Assembly (NCBI GenBank): GCA_023334545.1
Contig: JAADVB010000085.1
Location: 3,176 to 67,175 of the forward strand
Direction of reading: 5' to 3'
Length of the DNA stretch: 64,000 nucleotides
Source: Salisapilia sapeloensis CBS 127946
Taxonomy: Eukaryota > Protista > Oomycota
Shown one piece after another: positions 22,099-33,106 of this stretch. The first letter of the stretch is position 1. Every line of letters begins with the position of its first letter. Made by a program: the position numbers and the translations under genes. The notes under the pieces were generated by a model. It saw nothing but the letters and a program-made list of their open reading frames with translations, searched no databases and was not told where the DNA came from.

Positions 22099-23829
22099 AT
22101 GGAGGGAGTCGTCGGTCGGGCTTTGCGAGGCGGCGTCTACCTTTTTCTTCAACGTATATTGACTTTCTCATTGCAATCGGTTGTTCTGCGCAAGTTACAC
22201 CTTAGTGTGACCGGCGTCGTTTCTGTTCAACTTGAGCTGGCGCTTGCGTCGTGCTTCTTTTTACGTGACGGCTTTCGACTTGCATTCCTTCGTGCTCCGT
22301 CCCTGATACGAGATACCACAAAAGAAAACACAAAGGTTAAAGTAGTGTCTGAGACCACCATCCAGCAACTTGTCAATGTTACTTGGCTGTCGACTGCTGT
22401 GACGTGCGTTGTAGCAATGGGCATCACTGCATACACATTTATCGTAAACGACAACTCCTCCGCTAAAGCAGATGAGTTGGACCAGCTTGCTGCTTTCCCT
22501 TACACAATGGCACTTTATTGTCTATCAGCGGCGATAGAAGCTGTGGGTGAACCGCTGTATTTGTTGGCACACTGCAGCTTGCTAATGTCAGTGCAAGTGT
22601 CTGCGCAGTCCATGGCACTAATCGTACGCAGCATTGCCCAATACTTTTGCATCATCTACTTGGACCTAGGACTTTTGGGATATGGTTTCGCGGAGGTAGC
22701 TAGCGCATGCACTATCCTGCTTGTTCTAGTCCTCTACTTTTCTCGTCAACTACAAGATGAAGAGTCAACCTTTGCGCTTCAATCACTACGTCAATTTCTT
22801 CCTAACATACCCAAGAACCGAAGCGATGGTATATTTGACCGTAAGCTACTTACGATCTTAGGTGCTCTAAGTCTGCAAAGTGGAGTCAAATACCTGTTAA
22901 CAGAAGGAGATAAGTGGGTCCTATCGTCTTTTGCTTCGCTTGAGAACATGGGTGTCTACGGCATCGTCTTTCACCTCGGATCCCTGGTTCCGAGATTACT
23001 CTTCCGACCAATTGAAGATGCAGCAAAGCCAATCTTTAGCAAATTGGGAACGACACACGGGAATGATAATGCATCGACCCAAGCGGTCCATCGCATTTTG
23101 ATTGTGCTCCTACGTGGAATGCTATTGCTAGGTCTGACTTTTATCACCTTTGGCTACCACTTCACTTCTACGCTTGTACTTCTTTTATACGGACCAGAAA
23201 AGGTTCGTCTTCACGTCTCATCTGCACTCTCGACTTACTGCATTTACATCCTATTCCTCGGATTCAACGGCGTGTGCGAGTCTTTCGTGCATGCAGTTGG
23301 AAATGAAAAGCAATTGATGAAGTTAAACCAGTGGCTGATTGCGTTCTTTGTCATTTATGCAATGACTGCTGCTTTGCTTGTAGCCGGAGAAGAGGATGGA
23401 GCTAAGGGTATTATCCTCGCTAACTGTGTCAATATGGGCTGTCGGATCTTGTATTGTATGCAGTTCATGGGCGCATTTTTCATACAGATAAACGAGCCCG
23501 ATACTTCTCAATCTCCTACCGTCTTGGAAAGTATATCATCAATCATGCGCACTATTTTGCCTAACCGCTGGGTGCTCGCATCATTTGCAATTACTGGTGG
23601 AGTATTGCGTCAATCCTACCAAACGCTTGTATTGCCTTGGGAGAATCAAATGGTGGAGCAAGAGATAGACATCGTAAATTTGAGTGTCTGGAAGATGCAT
23701 GCGATGCATGTTGCCATTGGAGGGGTAACTTTCATCTTGACAGCAATTGTTGTTTACGTAATGGAAAGGAAGTCAATAGTTGCGCAGGTTCAGGCGGTTC
23801 GTGAATCCCAGAAGTCGCATAGCGAGTAG
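22099..23829 (+). CDS. RFT1: RFT1 (Man5GlcNAc2-PP-dolichol translocation factor)
   Basis: Multi-TM protein with QRILTF, FFLRDGFRLAFLR, EAVGEPLY, KYLLTEGDKWVL, GVYGIVFHLGSLVPRLLFRPIED, FNGVCESFVHAV, GIILANCVNM..RI. Confidence 0.92.
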   Translation: MEGVVGRALRGGVYLFLQRILTFSLQSVVLRKLHLSVTGVVSVQLELALASCFFLRDGFRLAFLRAPSLIRDTTKENTKVKVVSETTIQQLVNVTWLSTAVTCVVAMGITAYTFIVNDNSSAKADELDQLAAFPYTMALYCLSAAIEAVGEPLYLLAHCSLLMSVQVSAQSMALIVRSIAQYFCIIYLDLGLLGYGFAEVASACTILLVLVLYFSRQLQDEESTFALQSLRQFLPNIPKNRSDGIFDRKLLTILGALSLQSGVKYLLTEGDKWVLSSFASLENMGVYGIVFHLGSLVPRLLFRPIEDAAKPIFSKLGTTHGNDNASTQAVHRILIVLLRGMLLLGLTFITFGYHFTSTLVLLLYGPEKVRLHVSSALSTYCIYILFLGFNGVCESFVHAVGNEKQLMKLNQWLIAFFVIYAMTAALLVAGEEDGAKGIILANCVNMGCRILYCMQFMGAFFIQINEPDTSQSPTVLESISSIMRTILPNRWVLASFAITGGVLRQSYQTLVLPWENQMVEQEIDIVNLSVWKMHAMHVAIGGVTFILTAIVVYVMERKSIVAQVQAVRESQKSHSE

Positions 23830-23895
23830 CAACTACCGATCGTAAAAGCTAAATATAGAGTTGAAATCGGTTATAACACTCTTGCTGTGCGAAAT

Positions 23896-26404
23896 ATGAA
23901 AGATCGTTGGATAGAACATATTCCCGAGGAAAGCGAGACAAATGCTGTTGATCCTACAAGCAATGCGAAAGATAAGAACTCAGATGAACCAAATATACGC
24001 GATGAGCTGCTTCGAGTAAGTTTTAATCAGTACATGAAAGCTAAACAAACTTTATCAAGTTCTTTCAGTGGAGATTGCTATCCCCATGGACGATGTACGT
24101 TGTTAGCGATCCAACTTTAAGCGAGAAAGAAAACCAGTATAACACCTTTGGTTTCATTAATCTTTATTGAGCTTTAAAGATAAACGAATATAGACTACTG
24201 ACAACAAATGTGCGAGATCAAGTACTGGTCGAATTGGAAGTCATCTTTAAGCGACTACGAAAGCAATTGAAAAGTCGAAATGCATCTGGTATCATGTCTA
24301 AAGATGCCAGCGCAACGAGGTTGGAATGTCAGCTACTCGTTGAAGCAAAGAAGTTGATTAAGCTGTCCAAGCTCACTAATGAGGTAATCTTTATAAACAT
24401 GCACACGTCTGAATAAACTTAGCATCACTTGATATAGGCAAAAAATGTTATAATAGCGAGTCGTTTTGCGACCTTGACGACCGCTTCATCTCCTCTGACG
24501 AGTCCTCAGCCTCAAAGTGGTGGAAATCGACATTCTACAAGACGAAGGACCAACGCAATTTCACAAAAGCCTCTTACTGGTACACAATCATTTATACACT
24601 GCTATCACGAACTATATTCACCGTTCATATATTCGCAGAGAAGATAAAATTTGGCAAAGATTTGCATTTGGAGGAAGTAGAAGAGTGTCCAAACGAAAGT
24701 GAACAAGTTGACTCGATCCAACTCCAGCTTCCAAAACGACAGGAAACACTTCATCAAGTGATGGATGAACTTGAACGTGAGGATGGTGAGCAAGAAGCAG
24801 TAAGTCAAAATCATATAACGAGCTTTCGAAAGCGTCCCACGTTAGGCCACTTATCACCATCAGCTTCCACCGATCAATCTCCTGGAAAATTACCAGCCAG
24901 AGTTCGCTACATTATGTCATCACGACCCGGTGTATCGGCACCTATCCAAGCAATTTTGGATGAATATGCCATTCCGAAGGAAGTTATAGAAGCCTTGGAA
25001 ACCCATCGCCACTTCCACGTCGATGAAAGCTCTTTACTCTCGTCTTTTGACCCAATTCCAATCTCTAGCAACCAAGTTACTCATTCGAGTGAAGCTACTT
25101 CTCCGAAACATGATCGTTTTCCGTCTGCAGCTCATGACAGTACCGCATACTTCCGTCGCTCTGTCCCACTGGAAAGATCTCCAGTTTCGTTTGTGCTCCA
25201 GTCTCTTGACATAGCTCCTGTCCAAGCGCAACCTGGTCCTATCGACATTTATCAGCATCAAACGAAGGAAGCATATAGCAGCGAAACACATCTACTCACG
25301 GAAGTACAAGGGCTATTCGATCATACATACGACGCGATCAATGCATTTCGAAAGAAGTTGCACAAGAATCAAGACATATCGGAAGTCGTTAACTTCGCTA
25401 TTCGAAATTCATTGCATTCGTTGGCATATTTCATGGTCCAAGATGGTGATAATACCTTTGCATCGTCTATCAGCAGCGATGGCAATGCCACTGGGTCGGA
25501 TGCTGCTATCAGTCGTGGTCGTTCGAAGATACCAATCAGGTTGAGACGTACATCGGGAAGATCGACAACCATTGTAAGGAGAGGTGGTACGAAAGCAACG
25601 GCTGCATTGCAAAAGTGGCAAAATGCTTCGGACCAAGAGGTGAATGGAAACAGACGACGAAATGGCATTACCTTGGCATTTCGATCTCCTCAAGTCCTCA
25701 GGTCACAGTATGTAGACCTAATAGACCAAATGTGTACGTTCGAGCCGGTGGAAATCGATCTCATGTCCACATACGCTGAGGCAATCAAGAAAAACGAGGA
25801 AGAGGAAGAGAGGATGGAGGACCCGATTCCCATTCCGCCGGATCTCAGTGCTCGCTTTGAACGTGTATGGAGGCAGCTTAAAATCGACCCTCATATCCGT
25901 TTAGACTTGGCAATCAAGTACAGTGAAAACACTCGCATGGCTGCTATCTTGCCCGAAGTTGTGGACATGTGGGAAGTTGTTGCGGCTTTAATTTTGGAGC
26001 GAGAGGAGTATGTAAACGTGCTTCGATCGATTGTCGAGCAAGTTCCACAAGTTCAGATGAACATGACCGCTGCAGTCGTCGCCGAGGAGGTTCATATACT
26101 CCAGGAACTAGCTATTACGACTCAAGATGTGAAAGAAGCCATACTTCTTGCTCACCATCACTACAACGACTTTGTAGGTTTATATATCGCTTACGCAATG
26201 CATTATCGTACGACTCATGGCATGTAGGTTATGCTAGGAAGCGACTTTTACCTCCATCGGATGGAACGAGACGCAACGGCGCTTAGGTACGTCGTCTCCG
26301 TTTACCCTCTTTTGCGCATGTCTGAAACACGAGATAGACAAGCATTGCTGAAAAGAATGGAAAGCATGGCAGACAGCAAATTTGCGAGTCATGAAAAGGT
26401 CTGA
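23896..26404 (+). CDS. CCDC87-like protein with C-terminal MAP65/Ase1-related domain (multi-exon; 5' exons uncertain)
   Basis: Main ORF 24662..26227; RFERVWRQLKIDPHIRLDLAIKYS...WEVVAALILERE; introns at 26174-26227 and about 26288-26338 give the end NDF|VMLGSDFYLHRMERDATALRQALL...KV*. Confidence 0.6.
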
Positions 26405-26590
26405 GAACGAAAGAACAACCTGGTAGACAAGATGGCGTGTGCAGCTCTCAGTCATCAAAATGTATTTCTCCTAATCCTCTCCTATAACCATGTTTTCAAT
26501 GGTCAAGGAGCGAACTAGGCACACTACAGTTTTCTGTTATTGAGCTTGTTGGTTCCGTTCGCTCCAGCTTTCATCCGATTCTGATACAAC

Positions 26591-27023
26591 TTAGGCGCTC
26601 GCCTTTTCGTCGTTCGAACGACGGATACGGGCCAACGTGGAGCGGACCGTAGCAGCCGAAGGGGTGCTATAAGAATAAGAGATGAGAATAGGCGTGGGGT
26701 ATAATAATAATAGCCTGAACGTACTTGAGGAGGTAAGCACCACCGGCCATGGTCTTGTAGCACGAGCCACAACGCCAGATGCCGACAACCGTACGCTTAA
26801 TGCTGTCCTTGCCGCAGAAGGCACAGTTGTACTTGGAGTGCTGCGAAACTTCGATCTTCTTGACGATCTTACGCAGCGACGAACCGTAGCGCGTGCCGTA
26901 TTTACCACAGATGCCAACCTTTTGTGTGCGACGTCCCTACAGAATGGCAATCACGTAATTAGTCTATCATACACGGAGCATAGGGAGGTTCATGAAAGAC
27001 ATATAAGAAGATGCACGCACCAT
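26591..27023 (-). CDS. RPL37A: 60S ribosomal protein eL43 (L37a), 3 exons
   Basis: Exon 1 is the ATG only (27021-27023); exon 2 26725-26936; exon 3 26591-26666. Translation [44 protein letters not shown]...VGIWRCGSC...[22 protein letters not shown]. Confidence 0.97.
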
Positions 27024-28622
27024 TTTGAACTTGTGACCTGACTGAGAGCGAACGAATCGACTTTGTGCAGGACCGAACGCTGTTTCCGCGTATTTGAATG
27101 GACGAAAGCCATCAGATATTTTTAGCCAATAGAAGTGGTATAAATATCATTTTATCCAATACAATCTGAATAATAAGATGCTGTGAAGCGACGTTGAAGC
27201 CATCTGGGACGGACTTGAATAAACAAGGTTGTCTAGGCAAGGACGTTGGAATGACCATCGACCTACATCTCTCATTGTGAATGCCAATTGGGCTTCTTTC
27301 TGTTGAAACATCACTATACATTTTTGTACAAATTCTGATGTATGACAGTAGTTTCGCTTTTTGAAAACTTGCTTTTTTAAGACCTTGAACAACGTTGTCG
27401 AGGCGCACTTTAATCCATGTTGCAAGTCGAGAGCTGGTCTATAGTACGATATACGAGACGCATTGGTCAAATTAACTATATTAAAGATTGCATTTGCCGA
27501 TCTAGGTATAAATACAGCTATGTCTGTGGGTAACTTTGGAGTACACATCAGACTAAATTGGCAACAATACACCACAGAATATTGGCAGCGTCCATACCGA
27601 TACATTAGCCAAATTCATAGTTTAAATGTGTGTTGGTGATCTTCCGCTTAGCTTAGGTTGGATTTGGATCTACTTAGTCCTTGTTAATCTAGGGTGGTCA
27701 GATTCATTATAAATATGCAAATGAATTTGACACACTGTACTTTGCCAGAGGGAGTTCTTTTGAGCACACCAAATTTCATGAAGATTTGTATTGATTCAAC
27801 TATGTAGAAGGCATCGATCTGCAATGCAATTTTACTCGTACTTCACGTCTAAACCCATTTTTGCTTGTCGAATAAGTGACCCTGGGCTTGTGTTACATCC
27901 GTATACCAACTCCCTACGTTCCTACATTCAGATCTCTTCTACATGTCATGCCATAGCTGGGCAGGGAAATTTCGTTTTGGACAAACGAAGGGATGTAGCT
28001 GTCCATTAAAAAACAAAAAAGGGTATAACCCTTTTGAGAGCTGTAGTTATTATGCCTCTTTCTTTTCATAGCATCCACCGTGTGAATCATAGAACAATCT
28101 TCATAGCTTATGACAAATCCCTTTCATGTACTCGATATATAATTTTAAGACATTAGAGCTCCAAGAGTACATTTCGGTCAACCATCTCATTTTCATACCG
28201 CGTGCCATGGCAATCCAGAAGAAATTTATACATGAATATTTATATATGACATAAATTGAGCATTATACACTAGATGGAGCGTCATAATTATTGCTCTACT
28301 TCCCAATGATAGTCTGCTCTATATCTAGCTATCTTTACTTTTTCTTAATAAGATGTCCTTCAGTTCGCTCAGTTCAACTATCAATGTTCCGTTTCGCACT
28401 TTCATCATCTAAATCAACTCTTTACAACCTATTTTCAATATGCTCAGTATTCTCTTATAATTCTACTCAGCTCCATGTTATTTTGAATTGACTCGAAAAT
28501 TGTGTCCTTTGCCCAGATTCAAGTTCCAACTTTCGTTGCCCGATTTGTTGTCAGAATTTGTTGTTCGAAAGTTGTTTGTATTTTCTTAATGTTGCTCGTT
28601 CTGGTGGTAATTTGGGATCAAA

Positions 28623-31600
28623 ATGTCCTCGAAGGCGAAACTTCCCAAAAAGCTTTCCGAAATGAACAATAAACCACGCAAACGTAAAGTCTTCACCTCA
28701 TAGTCTTTTTCATCTTCTTTTGCCGACGTTACTATAGGTGTGGTGTACATTGATGGCATTCCAATCGAGTCTGAAATTATTGAGGTGCAGCAAGAGTCGC
28801 CAGAGACAGAAGAGGCTGGGAATGCAAATGGACTGGCAGGACTAAAACCACGTGAAGTCGGACATCCTTTGTATACTTTAATCGACTTTAAATTAATTGA
28901 TTCTTGATTATAGCTTTTTGATAAATATGACGTGGATGGGTCTGGCGATATCGACTTCGAGGAATTTAAAACGCTGCTTCAAGACCTCGGTGTCCATTTA
29001 AACGAACCAAAAGCCTTGGCTTACTTCAAAAAGTGTGATACAAGTCACCGAGGCGCAATCTCTTTTGAAGAATTTCGAGTTGCGCTCTATACATGTGATC
29101 CTAAAAATCCAAATCGAACAGAAGGCTTTGCTCCAGGGAGCTCCATGACACCGAAAGACGTTTTTAATATGTTTGATTCAGAAGAGGAAGGTGGGATTGA
29201 TCGTGAAACATTTTTGCAAGTACTGTCATTTATGGGTCGCCCCATGCCGCTGTACCAAATGGAAAGCATATTTCAAGCAAATGAAGACGTACGCTTGTCA
29301 AATAACCATACTCATCCATGTTCTAATGTGAGCTCGTATAGCCAGAAACAGAGATGATGCAGTACCCAAAGTTTAAAAAAGTATGGCTGTCACTTGTAGA
29401 TGTAAGAGCTGAATTGAGTAATCGGAAAGAGCGATTTAATCGATTCTTGCCTCACGCAACTCTAGCGAGGCAATTAGAGAGGGTATTGGACTTGGAAGAG
29501 CGTAAAGAAGCGAGAACGCTTGCAGAGGCTTCAGCTACATTAAATATTGAAAAGTTGCTGCAACAGCGTCGTCGGATGGTATCCAATGCCCGAATGATGG
29601 CAGATGTACTCTTATCGCAGGCATTAGATGCTGCCGGTCATGTATATGTGTTTGGTAAAGGTCCTTTAGATCGCTTTAAGGATGAGAATGAAGACGTCGT
29701 TGAACCGGACTTTGCCGATTTTCTAGAATTTGATACGATTAAAAAGCTGTGGAAGTCTCGCGTAAAGCCTCAAGAGAAAAGTGATGAAAAGGACGCTCCT
29801 GTGGACACTGAAATGTCTAAGCGAATACGAAGGGACTATCAGGCAGCTCGCAGGGCGTTCATGAACAGACAAGTATCGCTGGTAACTGGATTCTTATGGG
29901 CAAGAAGAGTTCGCAAGGTAGCTTGCGGTGCTTCGGTCCTCTTTGCACTCACCGATGGCGGCGAGTTATTCACATGGGGAGGAAACAAGCGCAAGTGGAA
30001 TTATTTTTACGACGAAAATATGTCTCCTGAAAACGTTGCGAACGAAGTGGCCCAGATTTCCAGCAAGGATCGTTTAAATCCATTTGATAGCGTACCTACT
30101 ACTCGTGTCATGACGGCACGAACGGAAATGTTAAAATTGTCGACTCCGTCTCAAGCAGACAAAAGCAGGCAGCGTCGCAAAGAGGATTCAGTTCGACTCA
30201 AGTATTCGGGTGTATACAAACGTCCTGAACGGCCAGTTGAGGATGATGAATCGAAGCGCTACAAGCTAGAACTCCTTGCGCGCTATTACGACATCTTACC
30301 ATCTCTCAGTACAGAGAATGGTGAACCGATAGCTCCACAAGCAGTGTCGTTGACCCACCTCGTGACAAAGGTTGAGCCTGAGCTTCAGCTAGACGAAATG
30401 ATCCTGTCACTTGTACTTCGTGGTGTATACGCTCGAAAAGCAAATCGAATGCAGCTGGTAAAATTACTTAGTGATTGTCTAGCACTGGAGGTAGAATGTG
30501 TAGGAGATTCTTTTCATTCTTATCTTAAAGAACAAGATCGTGTTGCGCGTCATCTCAAGCAACGTCGGGAAGACCATAAAGTCCGCCGTATCGTTCAGAA
30601 AACGAGTTCATTATGGTATGAGCTTCGGAACTTACAACTTCGAATCGAAGCGATAGAGATGGAAGAGTATAATAAAACACTAGGGGAGTATCTTCAGATT
30701 AAACAATCTATTGTCGACGCAAAGCAAAGACGGGATCGAAGAGGAAAAGAAGGAGTGCATCTCTTTCCTGATGAAGGTGACTACAAGGACTCTGAGCTGT
30801 TACATCCAAGTGGACTGACAGCACGAGGTCCAGGTTTCCAAACATTTCAAGGGTCTGAGGCAATTGCAGACATCGCTTTAGGTTCACGACATGCCGTTGC
30901 TATCCACCAATCCGGCAAGCTATATACATGGGGAGTAGGGTCCTACGGAAGACTAGGTGGGGCAAACACAACAGAAAGTAGTAAAGACGAGAGTACAAGG
31001 AAGGCACTAAGGAAGAAGTTGAATAGCAAGAGATCAAACAACCACGATATAGCGACCGTAAAACCAGATAACGATCCGCATGCTTGGCATCGTGACGCTC
31101 GCGAACCTTTCGTTATTGAAGCACTTAGGCAAGAGCGCTTTCGTAGTGTGTGCTGTGGGTATGGCCACACGTTAGCACTCACCTGCAATGGTCAAGTTTA
31201 CACATGGGGATCTGCGACATTAGGTAAACTTGGGATTGGTCCTGTGCAAGCGAATGAAAGCTTTACTTTGTTCCCTATGGAGATCAAGGTACCTGGTAAT
31301 CTATCTGTTCGACAAATATCTTGCGGCGCTTCTCATTCAGCCCTCGTGACAATGGATGGAAAGCTATTTATATGGGGCGACGGCGATGGTGGAAAACTGG
31401 GTTTGATATTTCCAGACACGATAAAGAATGGAAATCCATTGTCAGCGATAGTGGCGCATAGTCCCACAAGAGTGGATCAGCCATTTGATGATAACTATTA
31501 TGTGCTCCAGGTTTCTTGCGGTGCTGCACACACCGCTGCCATTGCCAATAAAGTAGGGAGTGAATCTCCTGATGTTTATGTAGCTGGTAGTGGACACGCT

Positions 31601-33016
31601 TTAGGGCAAACGACACGTAGGTTTTGTCCTATTATATCGACACTTAGCAAGGAGCTTCGCGAGAATCCTCATGATGTACCAGAGTTTCCGGTCAAGGTCA
31701 GTTGTGGGAACGGTCATACGGCTATCGTCACGAAGGCAGGAGAGTTGTTCACATGGGGTAAAAATACAGGTGGATGTACAGGACACCGTGTGGACCAACT
31801 TGACATTCCGCATCCTACTCGAGTCCATTCTTTCTTTCAGCGATCTAGAAACCTGTGTTGCGAAGCTGACGTCAAGGTGATGCAGTGCAGTCATAATGCC
31901 AATTGCGCTGCCGAAAATGCTCTGAATCCTGCGAGTAGTTTATACGCGCAAACTCAACGAGAGAGGAATCCATTTTGGCAAATATCATTTCCAATGGAAT
32001 GCCGATTCGAACGAGTAAGACTTCGATTTCATAATCGACCGTCGTCTGCTGCCAGCACAGAAATGTCTTCGCGACGCTTAAGCGTATCTAGTACCACTTC
32101 TTACCAGCCAATGCAATCTGCACGCTCAATTACCTATTCTGTACTCATTAGTACTAGTCCGTTCTGTGAAGAAAAGAGAGGGAAATTTTCTCTCCAAGAA
32201 GCGAGGGCACAAAGTATATATTCGAACCATACGCTGTCCCCAACAGAACAAGAAAGAAATTGGGACGTGCCACTGGATACTTACGGAGCATACTTGCGAA
32301 TTCAAGTTGCAACCGAATCGCCTTTGATGCTGGGTTTGGAAAACGTACAAATTTGGGGCCGACCTACAAGCGAATATGAAGGTCCAAAAGTAGATGACAT
32401 TGTCTGTGGTGATAATCTCACCGTAGCAATCTGCAGGCCACTTGCTTCTCATGAACATTTAGAGATGAAGTTTCTGCGAGCAATGCGTGCGGACCCAGAG
32501 CATCGATGGGTACTTCAGCAGATCACCACCTTCCATCCATTCTTACCAGCTATCTCGTCGACTCTGTTGCCAGAACCTATGAACCAAAAGAAATGTGTTC
32601 TATGTAAACCTCGCGAAAAGTGCCCCATTTGCATCGTCGAGGAAGCTTATGCACATGCAAAGAGCGAGAGGAAAAGAGGGCAAGCAGATGATGTGGGTTC
32701 TACAAATGAACAGCTTTCTCTTGAAGAACTGTCCGAGAGGCTTTTGGCTTACACGAGCCGGGACGATGAAGAGGATGATGAACTAGATCATCCAGTAGGG
32801 TCTCTCCAGCAGCAACAAAAGCACAGTATCAATTCCGTTTTAATGAAAGGTAAACAGCAAGCTATCTCCTCTCTTCAGCAGATAAAGGCACAGTCTGACA
32901 AAGCACAGATACCAAAGGCATTGCGTTCGAAGCTACTGAAGAAATTTACTGCTCATTTTGTTCGTCCAAAGTTAATAAAAAGATGGACGAGAAACAAAAA
33001 GGAATATACGAATTGA
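28623..33016 (+). CDS. EF-hand + RCC1-repeat + galactose-binding (F5/8C or F-type-lectin-like) domain protein, multi-exon
   Basis: EF loops DVDGSGDIDFEE, DTSHRGAISFEE, DSEEEGGIDRET; RCC1 blades (IALGSRHAVA...LYTWGVGSYGRLG, VCCGYGHTLAL, ISCGASHSAL, VSCGNGHTAIVT..GELFTWG); beta-sandwich TQRERNPFWQ...GAYLRIQ. Confidence 0.8.
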
Positions 33017-33106
33017 GATATAATTTCTTTGTTCGGTACTTGCACGCACTGCACTCATTTCTTGTACCTTTGCACTCAAGGTTGAACAATATGACTACAC
33101 ATATGC

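Noticed and set aside
26234-26500. Minus-strand ORF with Cys residues (MMTESCTRH...)
   Set aside because: Overlaps the last exons of the CCDC87-like gene on the plus strand.
27112-27605. 152-aa and 98-aa minus ORFs in the AT-rich island
   Set aside because: No recognisable motif or codon bias.
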